From NCBI GenBank assembly GCA_035762085.1, contig DASTPT010000094.1, forward strand, positions 6,101-70,100: a DNA stretch of 64,000 bases, in the 5' to 3' direction. Positions 39,048 to 48,819 of the stretch are shown here, in pieces. Below the pieces are notes generated by a model that did not search any database, was not told where the DNA came from, and saw nothing but the letters and a program-made list of their open reading frames with translations. This stretch comes from Actinomycetota bacterium (GTDB lineage Bacteria; Actinomycetota; UBA4738; HRBIN12). The number at the start of each line of letters is the position of its first letter. The stretch's first letter is position 1. The translations under genes were made by a program, and so were the position numbers.

Positions 39048-39677
39048 ATGAGCGGGACGACCCCGAAGAGCAAGGATCGGCACCAGGAGATCCTGGACGC
39101 CGCCGCGAGGGTGATCACCGACCGCGGCCTGGCCGAGACCCGGATCTCCGACATCGCCGAAGAGGCAGGGGTCTCTCCCGGGCTCATCCTCTACTACTTC
39201 GACTCGAAGGACCGGCTGCTGTCCGAGGCCCTCACGTACGCGAACGACCAGTTCTACCTGCGGATGTCGCGCGAGATCCGCCGGATCCCCTCGGCGCGGG
39301 ACCAGCTCGCTCGGCTCATCGACCTGTCCGTCCCGGGCCTGCTGCCCGAGTACGGCCGGCTCGACGAGTGGGCCCTGTGGATCGAGGTCTGGGTCCGCGC
39401 GCTCCGGGATCCCGAGATGGCGAAGGACCGCGAGTTCTTGGACCAGCGCTGGCGCGGTCAGATCGCCGACATCATCCGCGGCGGGCAGGCCTCCGCCGAG
39501 TTCTCCTCGGAGCAGACCCCCGAGGAACTGGCGCTGCGGCTCGCTTCCCTGATCGACGGCCTGGCGATCCAGGTGATCATGGAGGACTCGCAGGTCACCC
39601 CAGAGCACATGCGGGGCACCTGCATCGACGTCGCCGCCCGCGAGCTGGGGTTCGAGCGCGAGCCCGTCTCGACCTGA
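39048..39677 (+). CDS. TetR/AcrR family transcriptional regulator
   Basis: N-terminal TetR HTH (RQEILDAAARVITDRGLAETRISDIAEEAGVSPGLILYYF). Divergent from the flavoprotein-ACS operon. Confidence 0.9.
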   Translation: MSGTTPKSKDRHQEILDAAARVITDRGLAETRISDIAEEAGVSPGLILYYFDSKDRLLSEALTYANDQFYLRMSREIRRIPSARDQLARLIDLSVPGLLPEYGRLDEWALWIEVWVRALRDPEMAKDREFLDQRWRGQIADIIRGGQASAEFSSEQTPEELALRLASLIDGLAIQVIMEDSQVTPEHMRGTCIDVAARELGFEREPVST

Positions 39678-39683
39678 TCCGGC

Positions 39684-40130
39684 TCAGCGGGCCCCACCCA
39701 CGAACGCGCGCAGGCCCGGCAGGTGCTCCTCGTAGTGGTCGATCGTCTCCCAGACGAACTCCTGCTCGGCGGCGGCATCGACCTCGGGGAGCGCGGCCCA
39801 GGCGGCGAGCATCCGCTCGCGGGCCTCGTTCAGGCCACGCTCGACGTCCGCGAGGCTTATCCGTCCCGACTCCTCGAGCACCCGGGCGTTCTCGGCGTCC
39901 GTCGCCTCGTCGTCCTCGGGCGGCGGGACGTACGTCCCCGCCCGCATCGCTTCGAGCGTGCCCGCGAGATCGTCCCACCAGTGCGCGACGTGCCACAGCA
40001 CGTCCTTGACCGTCCACCCCTCCACGTTCACGCCCGGCGTCTCGCGACGGGCCGGCTCGATGGCGTCCACGGCCTCGCGGAACGCCGCCCACGCCGCCCG
40101 CTCCCGAGCGCCTAGCTCCTGCTCGTCCAT
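39684..40130 (-). CDS. DinB/ClbS-like four-helix-bundle family protein (DUF1706-like)
   Basis: 148 aa from the ATG at 40130 (MDEQELGARERAAWAAF...WTVKDVLWHVAHWWDD...ETIDHYEEH). The N-terminal 158 aa of the track ORF are an Arg-rich artefact. Confidence 0.5.
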   Translation of the reverse strand: MDEQELGARERAAWAAFREAVDAIEPARRETPGVNVEGWTVKDVLWHVAHWWDDLAGTLEAMRAGTYVPPPEDDEATDAENARVLEESGRISLADVERGLNEARERMLAAWAALPEVDAAAEQEFVWETIDHYEEHLPGLRAFVGGAR

Positions 40131-40141
40131 CTCCGACCTCC

Positions 40142-41320
40142 TCATCCCGCCAGCGTGCGGACCCCACGTTTCGCGAGCTGATCGGCGACGATGTTCCGTT
40201 GGATCTCGGAGGTCCCTTCCCAGATCCGGTCCACGCGGAGCTCGCGATAGAACCGCTCGGCCACGTTCTCGCGCATGTAGCCGCGGCCCCCGAACACCTG
40301 GACCGCGCGGTCGGCGACACGGTTCGCCATCTCGCTCGCGTACAGCTTCGCCATCGAGCACTGCGCGTGCTGGACCTTCACGTCGACGCCTCGGTCGATG
40401 TTCTTCGCGAGCTCGTACGTCATCAGACGCGCCGCCCACAGCTCCGTGAGCGAGTCCGCGAGCATGTGCCCGATCGCCTGGAACCGGATGATCGGCTCCT
40501 CGAACTGCACCCGGTCCCTCGCGAACGCGGTCGCCTCCTCGATCAGGCGCTCGGCGGCACCGCAGCAACGGGCCGCGATCATCAGCCGCTCGTACCGGAA
40601 CCACGCGTACGTGAAGTCCAGGCCGTCGCCCTCCTCGCCGACCATGCTCGTGGCGGGGACCCGCACGTCGTCGAAGCGGACGATCGCGTGGCTGTCGGCG
40701 TACGTGTGCGAGTACGCGGGCTCGCGCACCAGGTGCACACCCGGCGTGTCCTTGTCCACGAAGAACATCGCGTGCTCGCCCGCGTGGGGCCCGCCGTCGA
40801 TCTTGCCCTGGAAGAAGAGGTAGTCGGCCGTGTTGTACGAGGTCACGTGCATCTTCGTGCCGTTCAGCACGTACGCGTCGCCGTCGCGTCGGGCGGTGGC
40901 CTGGATCGCGTCGACGTCCGAGCCCGCGCCGGCCTCAGTGATCGCGTAGCACTCCTGCCGCTCGCCGCGGATCGTCGGCACGATCCAGCGCTCGAGCTGC
41001 TCGGGCGTGACGACCTCGGGCGCCCAGGCCGGCGGCGTGTGGACGCACCAGCCGAGCGCGTTCGTCACCCGCCCGATCTGCTCGGAGACCAGGACCTGCT
41101 GGAACATCGTGAAGCCGCCGCCGCCCAGCTCCCTCGGCATGTTCATCGCGAACAGGCCGAGGTCGATCGCCGAGCGGTGGTGCCGCTCGCGCGCCTCGTC
41201 GGGGATCCGGCCGCCGTGCTCCTCGGCGTGGTTCTCCCAGGGGATCAGCTCCTCGTCGACGAACCGCCGAGCGGTCTCCTGGATCCTCCGATCCTCCTCC
41301 GTCATCGGGTACGTGCTCAT
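40142..41320 (-). CDS. acyl-CoA dehydrogenase family protein (paralog 2)
   Basis: CYAITEAGAGSD, LNGTKMHVTS, and C-terminal YRELRVDRIWEGTSEIQR. Confidence 0.9.
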   Translation of the reverse strand: MSTYPMTEEDRRIQETARRFVDEELIPWENHAEEHGGRIPDEARERHHRSAIDLGLFAMNMPRELGGGGFTMFQQVLVSEQIGRVTNALGWCVHTPPAWAPEVVTPEQLERWIVPTIRGERQECYAITEAGAGSDVDAIQATARRDGDAYVLNGTKMHVTSYNTADYLFFQGKIDGGPHAGEHAMFFVDKDTPGVHLVREPAYSHTYADSHAIVRFDDVRVPATSMVGEEGDGLDFTYAWFRYERLMIAARCCGAAERLIEEATAFARDRVQFEEPIIRFQAIGHMLADSLTELWAARLMTYELAKNIDRGVDVKVQHAQCSMAKLYASEMANRVADRAVQVFGGRGYMRENVAERFYRELRVDRIWEGTSEIQRNIVADQLAKRGVRTLAG

Positions 41321-41352
41321 CCGGCCACCTCCGGCGCGAGCATACGCCGGAG

Positions 41353-41368
41353 CTGAACGACGGTTCAG
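41353..41368. promoter_or_regulatory. perfect palindrome CTGAAC-GACG-GTTCAG upstream of the acyl-CoA dehydrogenase gene (operator-like)
   Basis: Read directly, in the 55-nt gap between the cysK-like stop and the ACAD start. It belongs to the TGAAC-N4-GTTCA motif family seen at 38926, 38995, 46361 and 50944. Confidence 0.45.
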
Positions 41369-41375
41369 ACGCGAC

Positions 41376-42440
41376 TCACGCCACCTCGGCCCGAGCCGCC
41401 GGCCCGAGGATCTCCAGACGCGCGGCGTGCCGGTCGAGCATCGCGACGGTGTGCTCGTCCAGCTCGTGTTCGCGGTCCGGGGCCTCGGCCTCCGCGACCG
41501 GGCCCCCGAACAGCGCCGAGGAGAAGTAGCGCTGCCCCGAGTCCGCGATGACCGTCGCGATCCGCCGGATCTCGGGGTGGGCCCGCGCGATCTCGAGCGC
41601 CGCCACGACGTTGCAGCCGGAGGAGGTGCCGCAGAAGATCCCCTCGTCGTGGGCGAGGCGACGGGCCATCGCCTGGGCGTCGGCGGTGGTGACGGTCACG
41701 ATGCCATCGATCACGTCGAGGTCGAGGTTCCGCGGCACGATGCCGTCGCCGATCCCGGCGATCCCGTGCGGCCCCCACCGGCGCGCCGAGATCAGCGCGC
41801 ACTCCGCCGGCTCCGCCGCGTACACGCGGGCCCGCGCTTCGCGCTCCTTCAGGAAGCGCCCGACGCCGCTGATCCAGCCGCCCGTTCCCTGCGCCGCCAC
41901 GACGGCGTCGACGCGGCCGTCCATCTGCGCCCAGATCTCCGGCGCCGTGGTCGTGCGGTGCGCCTCGACGTTGTCGGGGTTCTCGAACTCGGCCGGCACG
42001 AAGAAGCGACCGGGGTGCGATGCGCGCATGTCCTCCATCAGCGCGAGCGCGACATCGACATCCGACTCGCCTCCGGGGGTGAGGATCAGCTCGGCACCGT
42101 ACGCCCGGATCAGCTTCTTGCGCTCCTCGCCCATGCCCTCGGGCATGATCACGGTGCAGCGGTACCCCTTGATCGCGGCGACGGCGGCGCACGCGATCCC
42201 GGCGTTGCCGGTCGTGCACTCGAGGATCGTCATCCCCGGTCGGAGGTCGCCGCGCCCCTCGGCGCGCTCGATCATGAAGCGGTAGATCCGGTCCTTCACG
42301 GAGCCGGTCGGGCCGTAGTACTCCAACTTGGCGTAGAGCTCGTGGCCGTCCGGCTCGATCCGCCGGAGCCGGACGAGCGGCGTGTGGCCGACGGCGTCGA
42401 GCATCGAATCGAGCGGACGGGCGTATGCGTCCCAGTCCAT
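41376..42440 (-). CDS. cysteine synthase / cystathionine-beta-synthase family PLP enzyme (CysK-like)
   Basis: 354 aa from MDWDAYARP. PLP Lys in SVKDR, TGNAGIA, GTGGWISG glycine loop. The track ORF 41376..43415 is chimeric. Confidence 0.85.
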   Translation of the reverse strand: MDWDAYARPLDSMLDAVGHTPLVRLRRIEPDGHELYAKLEYYGPTGSVKDRIYRFMIERAEGRGDLRPGMTILECTTGNAGIACAAVAAIKGYRCTVIMPEGMGEERKKLIRAYGAELILTPGGESDVDVALALMEDMRASHPGRFFVPAEFENPDNVEAHRTTTAPEIWAQMDGRVDAVVAAQGTGGWISGVGRFLKEREARARVYAAEPAECALISARRWGPHGIAGIGDGIVPRNLDLDVIDGIVTVTTADAQAMARRLAHDEGIFCGTSSGCNVVAALEIARAHPEIRRIATVIADSGQRYFSSALFGGPVAEAEAPDREHELDEHTVAMLDRHAARLEILGPAARAEVA

Positions 42441-42544
42441 AGGGTCCTCCTCGCGAGGGCGACGTCTCGGCCCGTCCGTGCGGACGGGGGATCGCCGCCG
42501 TGCACGTGGTTCGTGCCCCGGCGGACGCGCCTCCAAACCCGCCG

Positions 42545-43387
42545 TCAGCCCAGCCCGAGCAACAGCAGTCCGCCGATCACCAGCGCGATCCCGGCGTACT
42601 GGGTCGGCCCGGGACGCTCGCCGAACAGCGCGACGCCACCGACGATCGGGAACAGGACGAACGTGGCCGAGGCCGCCGTGACGATCGAGATGAGACCGAC
42701 CTCCGCGCCGAACGAGTACAGGGCCACGCCGACGATGTCGGCGAGGCCGGCGGCCGCGGCTACGCCGAGCCCCGTGGTGTCGGCTCCGCGGATCCGGGGC
42801 CGCCGCACGGCCGCGATCGCGAGCAGCATGAGCACCGAGAACGTTCGACCGAGCGCGGTCGCCGGCAGCCAGCCCACCACCTGGGCCTGCCGCCCGAGCG
42901 TGAAGGTCGCCAGCCCGAACAGGAGCATCGAGACGATCCCCACGGGGACGCCCGGGCCCGAGAAGCGCTCGCCGCTCGCCGCACGGAGATCGGTCGAGGC
43001 GACGACCACGCCGACGAGCGTCACGATCGCCCCGACGAGCACGGGCCCCGCCAGGCTCTCGTCGAGCAGGACCACGGCCAGGACGACGGGCGGCACGGCG
43101 TACGCCGCCACGATCGGCGAGACGATCGCGACCGGCCCGAGCTCGAGCGCTCGGTAGTGCGCAAGGTACGCCACGCCGACGATCGCTCCGTTCGCCGCCA
43201 GGATGAACACGTTCCCCGCGTCGCCGGTCCACTCGGGCCGGATCGCGAGGACCAGGAGCGCGATCGCAACCAGGCTGGTGACCTGGGCGACCACCGTCGC
43301 GGCCATGCTGCCGATCCGCCGCCCGCTCAGCGCGGCCCCGAGATCGGCCAACCCCCAGCCGATCGCGGCCCCGAGGCCGTAGATCAC
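42545..43387 (-). CDS. EamA/DMT family transporter
   Basis: 280 aa, 10 TM helices, two EamA repeats. Confidence 0.8.
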   Translation of the reverse strand: MIYGLGAAIGWGLADLGAALSGRRIGSMAATVVAQVTSLVAIALLVLAIRPEWTGDAGNVFILAANGAIVGVAYLAHYRALELGPVAIVSPIVAAYAVPPVVLAVVLLDESLAGPVLVGAIVTLVGVVVASTDLRAASGERFSGPGVPVGIVSMLLFGLATFTLGRQAQVVGWLPATALGRTFSVLMLLAIAAVRRPRIRGADTTGLGVAAAAGLADIVGVALYSFGAEVGLISIVTAASATFVLFPIVGGVALFGERPGPTQYAGIALVIGGLLLLGLG

Positions 43388-45486
43388 GCCGAGGCCCGGG
43401 CCTCGGCGAGGGCATCGACCGCGACCGCCCCGCGCTCCGCGACGAGGAGCGGGTTCGCCTCGAGCGAGGTCAGCCGGTCGCGGAGGTCATGCGCTGCGCG
43501 CGCGATGCCCTCGACCACCCTCGCCACGGCGCGGACGTCGTGCTCGTCGGCGTCGAGGCCGCACCGCTCGGCCTGCGACCGTACGTACGCGAGCGCCTGC
43601 GCCGGCGTGAGGGGCGCGGCGACGAACGTGGCCGCGCCGGCCTCGGCGAGCGCGCCACCTGGCCGGATCGTGATCGAGGCGCCGAAGTGCTCGTCGACCA
43701 CGGCGCCGACGAGCACCTCGTGTCCGTGCGCCATCCGCTGGACGAGCACCTTCGGCCGGCGGGCGCCGGCGCGCCTGGCTGCCTGCAGGACCTCGGCGGC
43801 GGCGACCTCGACGTCGGTCGGGTTCGCCAGCCCCAGCCGCACCCCGCCGAGCTTCGCCTTGTGCGGGATCTCGGCCGCGAGCGCCTTCACGGCCACCGGG
43901 AACCCGAGGCGCCTCGCGGCCGCCGCCGCGGTCTCGGGCGAGGCCACCGTCGCCTCCTTCGGCCGGGCGACGCCGTAGAGCTGGAGCAGCTTCGCACCCC
44001 GCTCCTCGTCGAGCGGGCCGGACCGTCCGCGGAGCAGGCGCAGCGCGGCCGCGCGGCTCGGGTGCGGGCCCAGCTCGGGGATCGAGCGTCGGCGGGCGGT
44101 CTGCAGCTCGACGAGCGCGCGGATCGCGCCGGTCGCGGCGTGGTGGCCCTGCAGGAACGGCAGCCGCTCGGCGCGGGTCCACGTCTTCGCGCGCGGGATG
44201 TACGCGAGCGGGCTCATCGCGACCGAGGCGAACGCCACGCCGGTCTGGCGCTGGAGCGCACGGACCCGCTCCAGCAGGTGCTCTGCCCAGACGACCTCGT
44301 TCTCCAGACGCGGCGGGAACGCGTCGAACGCCACGAACCCCACCGACGGGTCGGTCGCGAGCGCCTCGAGCGCGCCCTCGAACATGTCGACCTCGACCGC
44401 GGCCTGGCCGGTGACGTCGAGCGGGTTGTTCTGTGAGGCGAAGTGAGGCAGCGCCCGCCGCAGCCGCCCCTTCGTCGATGCCGCGAACTCGGGAAGCTCG
44501 AGCCCCCGCGCGCCGGCCGCCTCGGCGAACAGCGTGCATGCGCCGCCGGACTGCAGCGCCGCCGCCACGCCGGTCGAGCGCAGACGGCGGTGGTGCGACA
44601 GGAGCACGGCGGCCTCGAACATCGTCACCGGGTCCTCGACCAGGATCGCGCCGTGGCCGCGGAGCCAGGCGTCGCGGAGCGCCGTGTTCCCGGCGAGCGC
44701 CCCCGTGTGCGCGACGATCGAGCGCCGCGCCGCCTCGCTGCGACCCTCGGGCGCGCACACGAGGATCGGCTTGCGGGCTCTCCGCAGGGCTTCGAGGCCG
44801 CGCTCGATGCCCTCGACGTCGCGCATCGTCTCGATGTACGTGGTCACGAGCTTCGTGTGCGGGTCCTCGGCGGCCCACGCGAACATGTCGCCGAGACCGA
44901 TCACCGCCTCGTTCCCGACCCCGAGGATGATCCGAAGCCCGACGCCCCGATCCGAGGCCATCTGGTTCATCGTCCACGCCACCGTGCCCGACTGACTGAT
45001 CACGCTGATGCCGCCGGGGACGGGCTCGGGCGGCGGGGTGGTGCCGTACGGCGCCACCTTCTCGACGTAGTTGACGTAGCCCTCGACGTTCGGCCCGAGC
45101 ACGGGCAGGCGGTGCTCGAGCGCCTTGGCCCGCAGCTCGTCCTGGAGCGCACGGCCCTCCTCGCCCGCCTCGGCGAAGCCGGAGGAGACCACCATGACGC
45201 CCCGCACGCCGGCCGCCGCGACCTCGTCGAGCATCCGCACGACGACGCGCGCCGGCACGACGAAGATCAGCAGATCGACGCCCCTCGGCAGCTCGGCGAC
45301 CGTGGACAGGCACGCCCGCCCCCATACCTGCTCGTACTTCGGGTTGACGGGATACAGCTCGCCCGTGAACCCGACGTGGCGGAGCGAGCGCTCGATCTCG
45401 GGGGCCCACGAGTCGGGCGACTCGGAGGCGCCGACGATGGCGATCGAGCGCGGGGCGACGACCGGCCGCAGGTCGAACCGCTTCAC
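43384..45486 (-). CDS. acetyl-CoA synthetase (ADP-forming) / NDP-forming acyl-CoA synthetase, fused alpha-beta (paralog 2)
   Basis: About 700 aa from the GTG (VKRFDLRPVVAPRSIAIVGASESP), which abuts the enoyl-CoA hydratase stop codon (45483-45485). Domains are CoA-binding, ligase-CoA and ATP-grasp. The track ORF to 46065 is extended. Confidence 0.8.
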   Translation of the reverse strand: MKRFDLRPVVAPRSIAIVGASESPDSWAPEIERSLRHVGFTGELYPVNPKYEQVWGRACLSTVAELPRGVDLLIFVVPARVVVRMLDEVAAAGVRGVMVVSSGFAEAGEEGRALQDELRAKALEHRLPVLGPNVEGYVNYVEKVAPYGTTPPPEPVPGGISVISQSGTVAWTMNQMASDRGVGLRIILGVGNEAVIGLGDMFAWAAEDPHTKLVTTYIETMRDVEGIERGLEALRRARKPILVCAPEGRSEAARRSIVAHTGALAGNTALRDAWLRGHGAILVEDPVTMFEAAVLLSHHRRLRSTGVAAALQSGGACTLFAEAAGARGLELPEFAASTKGRLRRALPHFASQNNPLDVTGQAAVEVDMFEGALEALATDPSVGFVAFDAFPPRLENEVVWAEHLLERVRALQRQTGVAFASVAMSPLAYIPRAKTWTRAERLPFLQGHHAATGAIRALVELQTARRRSIPELGPHPSRAAALRLLRGRSGPLDEERGAKLLQLYGVARPKEATVASPETAAAAARRLGFPVAVKALAAEIPHKAKLGGVRLGLANPTDVEVAAAEVLQAARRAGARRPKVLVQRMAHGHEVLVGAVVDEHFGASITIRPGGALAEAGAATFVAAPLTPAQALAYVRSQAERCGLDADEHDVRAVARVVEGIARAAHDLRDRLTSLEANPLLVAERGAVAVDALAEARASA

Positions 45487-46322
45487 GCCGGATCGTCGCC
45501 GTGCTGCGCGTCGCGCCACGCGATCGCGGCCTTCAGCCCCTGCTCCTGGGTGATCCGGCGGAACTCCGCGCGAGCCGGCAGGTTCGCGGTCTCGATCATC
45601 GTGTCGATCTCGGTGTTCGCCTCGAGCGCCTCCCGGAGTCCCGCGACCTCCCAGACCTGGTTGACGGCGCGCTTCGTCATCTGCACGACGTACGGCTCGT
45701 TCCGGGCGATCTCCTGCGCGAGCTCCAGGCTCGTCTCGTCCAGTCGATCCCTCGGCACGACGCGGTTCACCATGCCGATCCGCGCGGCCTCGTTCGCGGG
45801 TACGCGGTCCCGCCCCGTGTACAGCAGCTCCTTCGCCGCGCGGACCCCCACCACCCACGGCAGGAACATCGAGACGACGCCCGAGCCGAACCGGATGTCG
45901 ACGTAGCCGAAGACCGCGTCGTCCGCCGCGACCGCCAGGTCGCACGCGAGCATGAGGTCCACGCCGCCGCCAAGGCAGTAGGAGTGCACGCTCGCGATCA
46001 CGGGCTTCGGGTGGTCGACGATCGTGAGCATCTCTTCGGTCGAGCGCTTGAGGTCGGCGCGCCACGCGTTCTCGTCCAGGACGCCGGCCTCGGTGTCCTC
46101 GTTCATGTCGTAGCCGGAGCAGAAGGCGCGACCGGCGCCGCGGAGCACGACCACCGAGACGCTGTCGGCCGCGGCCGCCCCGTCGAGCTCGCGCATCAGG
46201 GCCTCGAGCAGCTCGTGGTTCAGGGCGTTCAGCGCCCGGCCGCGGTTCATCGTGAGCCGTCGGACGGGGCCGAGGTCCTCGACGAGCAGGACGGGCTCGG
46301 AGGCGTCGTCGGTCACGGTCAT
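45483..46322 (-). CDS. enoyl-CoA hydratase/isomerase (crotonase family)
   Basis: Crotonase oxyanion-hole motifs (LRGAGRAFCSGYD, CLGGGVDLML). The start is taken at MTVTDD (46322). Confidence 0.85.
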   Translation of the reverse strand: MTVTDDASEPVLLVEDLGPVRRLTMNRGRALNALNHELLEALMRELDGAAAADSVSVVVLRGAGRAFCSGYDMNEDTEAGVLDENAWRADLKRSTEEMLTIVDHPKPVIASVHSYCLGGGVDLMLACDLAVAADDAVFGYVDIRFGSGVVSMFLPWVVGVRAAKELLYTGRDRVPANEAARIGMVNRVVPRDRLDETSLELAQEIARNEPYVVQMTKRAVNQVWEVAGLREALEANTEIDTMIETANLPARAEFRRITQEQGLKAAIAWRDAQHGDDPA

Positions 46323-46502
46323 CCCTCCTCGGTCGGGCTGGGCCGCATCATACCCGTGGCTTGAACGACGCTTCAGGCCCCCCACCCGGCCACGGCGTGG
46401 ACGGCGCGACCGGACACGCCTTGGGTTGCGCCTGCCCGTGCTGAGTGCTATTCAACCTCTTCGTACGACCGTTCAAACGACGGCGGACCAAGGAGGGGAA
46501 GG

Positions 46503-47846
46503 ATGCCAGAGCCGCGCGAGCACCTCTTGAGGCGGCGGGGCCCGACCAGCGAGCTCAGCCGGCGGCGGTTCCTGCGAGCATCGGCGAGCACGGCGATCGC
46601 GCTGCCGAGCCTGTCCGCGGTCCTGGCCGCGTGCAGCAAGCCCGGGACCGAGGCCCCCGAGGGCGCCACGGCGCCGGCCGGGACGACCGGACCGTACCCG
46701 CTCGCCCGCACCGACAACCCGGTGACCCTGCCGATCCACGACGACATCCAGCCGATCGAGGACAACCTCCCGGTCGAGACGGGCGCGACGCTGAAGATCT
46801 ACAACTGGGCCGACTACATGTGGAAGAAGGTCATCAACGACTTCTGCGAGGAGTTCAACTGCGACTATGAGTGGACGACCTTCAACAACATGTCGGAGGC
46901 GATCCAGAAGATGTCCACGGGACAGGTCGCCGACGTCTTCTTCCCGACCGTCGATCAGCTGGGCAAGCTGACCTACGGCAAGCTCCTCCAGCCCCTGAAC
47001 CTCTCGTACATCCCGAACCTCGCGGCGAACATGTGGCCGCAGTACCAGAACCCCTTCTACGATCAGGAGGCGCGGTACACGGTCCCGTACACCACGTACA
47101 CGACCGGCGTGGCCTATCGGCGCGACGTCATCCCCGACGAGGAGGCCGAGGCCCAGGGCTACGACCTGATCTGGAACCCTCAGTACTCGGGCAAGGTCGG
47201 CATCTACGACGACGCACGCGAGTCGCTCGCGATGGCGATGCGCCGGGCGGGCGTGGACGACGTGAACACGACCGACGAGGCGACCATCCAGGCCGCGAAG
47301 GACGACCTGGTCGAGCTGATCGACCTCGTGAACGTCCGAACGACGATCAACGGCGTCTACGTGAAGCTGCCCGACGGCGTGTACGACGTCCACCAGTCCT
47401 GGTCGGGCGACATCATCGGCGCGCAGTGGTACCTGAGCGATCTGAACACGCCGGGCGAGACGGACATCCTCGGCTACTGGTACCCGCCGGACAACGTGGG
47501 GGTCGTCGGGAACGACGTGATCTCGATCCCGGCGAACGCCGAGCACCCGGTCCTCGCGCACGCGTTCCTGAACTTCATGATGGACGAGACCCACGCGTTC
47601 GATAACTTCACGTGGAACGGGTACCAGCCGCCGCTCACGTCCATGAACCCGGAGAAGTTGATCGAGGCGGAGATGGGCGCGTACGCGCCGAACAAGGGCC
47701 CGGGGACCGTCCCGCCGTCCGTGCCGCGCGCCGTCGTGACCGAGGAGATGTTCGACAAGGGCATGTGGCTGCTCGAGCTCGCGCCCGAGGACGAGCTGAA
47801 GTGGCAGACGGCGTGGGAGGAGTTCCAGGCCGGAGCGGGGGCGTAG
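46503..47846 (+). CDS. ABC transporter substrate-binding protein, PotD/PotF (polyamine) family, Tat/lipoprotein signal
   Basis: RRRFLRASASTAIALPSLSAVLAAC signal/lipobox, and the PotD-fold blocks LKIYNWADYM and SWSGD. Confidence 0.85.
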   Translation: MPEPREHLLRRRGPTSELSRRRFLRASASTAIALPSLSAVLAACSKPGTEAPEGATAPAGTTGPYPLARTDNPVTLPIHDDIQPIEDNLPVETGATLKIYNWADYMWKKVINDFCEEFNCDYEWTTFNNMSEAIQKMSTGQVADVFFPTVDQLGKLTYGKLLQPLNLSYIPNLAANMWPQYQNPFYDQEARYTVPYTTYTTGVAYRRDVIPDEEAEAQGYDLIWNPQYSGKVGIYDDARESLAMAMRRAGVDDVNTTDEATIQAAKDDLVELIDLVNVRTTINGVYVKLPDGVYDVHQSWSGDIIGAQWYLSDLNTPGETDILGYWYPPDNVGVVGNDVISIPANAEHPVLAHAFLNFMMDETHAFDNFTWNGYQPPLTSMNPEKLIEAEMGAYAPNKGPGTVPPSVPRAVVTEEMFDKGMWLLELAPEDELKWQTAWEEFQAGAGA

Positions 47847-47853
47847 CGACGGC

Positions 47854-48819
47854 GTGAGCGAGCCCGAGGAGGGAACCACCACCCCGTCCCGGCGCGAGGC
47901 GCGACGGGTCCGGCGCGCCTCCGCCAAGCAGCGGGGCGCCTGGTATCCCCGGTGGTTCTGGCCGTCCTTCGCGACCCCCGCGATCGTCTGGCAGATCCTG
48001 TTCTTCGCCGCGTCCTTCTACGTGATCCTGGCGATCGCGTTCGGGACCCAGGACTTCTTCCGGAACCCCCTTCCGGTGTTCCAGCCGTGGTGGTGGGACT
48101 TCTCCACGTTCACGGACCAGCTGGGGAGGATCTTCGGCGGCGTCTACCAGGACGTGTACCTGCGGACGTTCGGATACGTCCTGACCGCGAGCCTCACGTG
48201 CCTGCTGATCGGCTACCCGATCGCCTACTTCGTGGCCCGGTACGGTGGCCGCCGTAAGGGCCTGTTCCTCGCGCTGCTCATCATGCCGTTCTGGATCAGC
48301 TACCTGATGCGGATGTACGCCTGGCAGTCGCTGCTCGAGCGCGACGGGTACGTGAACGACGTACTGACGTTCCTCCAGGTCTTCCAGGAGCCGTTCGGAT
48401 GGCTCGAGGGACACGGCATCACGGTCGTGATCGGGCTCGTCTACGGCTACATGCCGTACCTGATCCTGCCGCTGTACGGGCAGCTCGACCGGATCGACCA
48501 GAGCCAGCTCGAGGCCGGCCGCGACCTGGGCGCGAGTCCGGCGCGGACCTTCTGGCGCGTCACGCTCCCGCTGTCGAAGCCGGGCATCCTGGCCGGGCTG
48601 ATCATCATCACGCTGCCGATGTTCGGGGACTACTACACGAACGCCCTGCTCTCCCAGTCCCCGAGGACGACGATGATCGGCAACCTGATCGACCTGACGT
48701 ACGTCACACCGGGCCTCGCCGCGCAGGGAGCCTCGCTGGTGCTGACGATCGTCGTGATCCTCATCGTCCCGATGCTCTGGTACCTGCGCTACACGGCTCG
48801 AGCCGCGGAGGCGAAGTGA
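47854..48819 (+). CDS. ABC transporter permease (PotB-like)
   Basis: 6 TM helices and the EAA-like motif of binding-protein-dependent permeases (EAGRDLGASPARTFWRVTLP). Confidence 0.85.
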   Translation: MSEPEEGTTTPSRREARRVRRASAKQRGAWYPRWFWPSFATPAIVWQILFFAASFYVILAIAFGTQDFFRNPLPVFQPWWWDFSTFTDQLGRIFGGVYQDVYLRTFGYVLTASLTCLLIGYPIAYFVARYGGRRKGLFLALLIMPFWISYLMRMYAWQSLLERDGYVNDVLTFLQVFQEPFGWLEGHGITVVIGLVYGYMPYLILPLYGQLDRIDQSQLEAGRDLGASPARTFWRVTLPLSKPGILAGLIIITLPMFGDYYTNALLSQSPRTTMIGNLIDLTYVTPGLAAQGASLVLTIVVILIVPMLWYLRYTARAAEAK

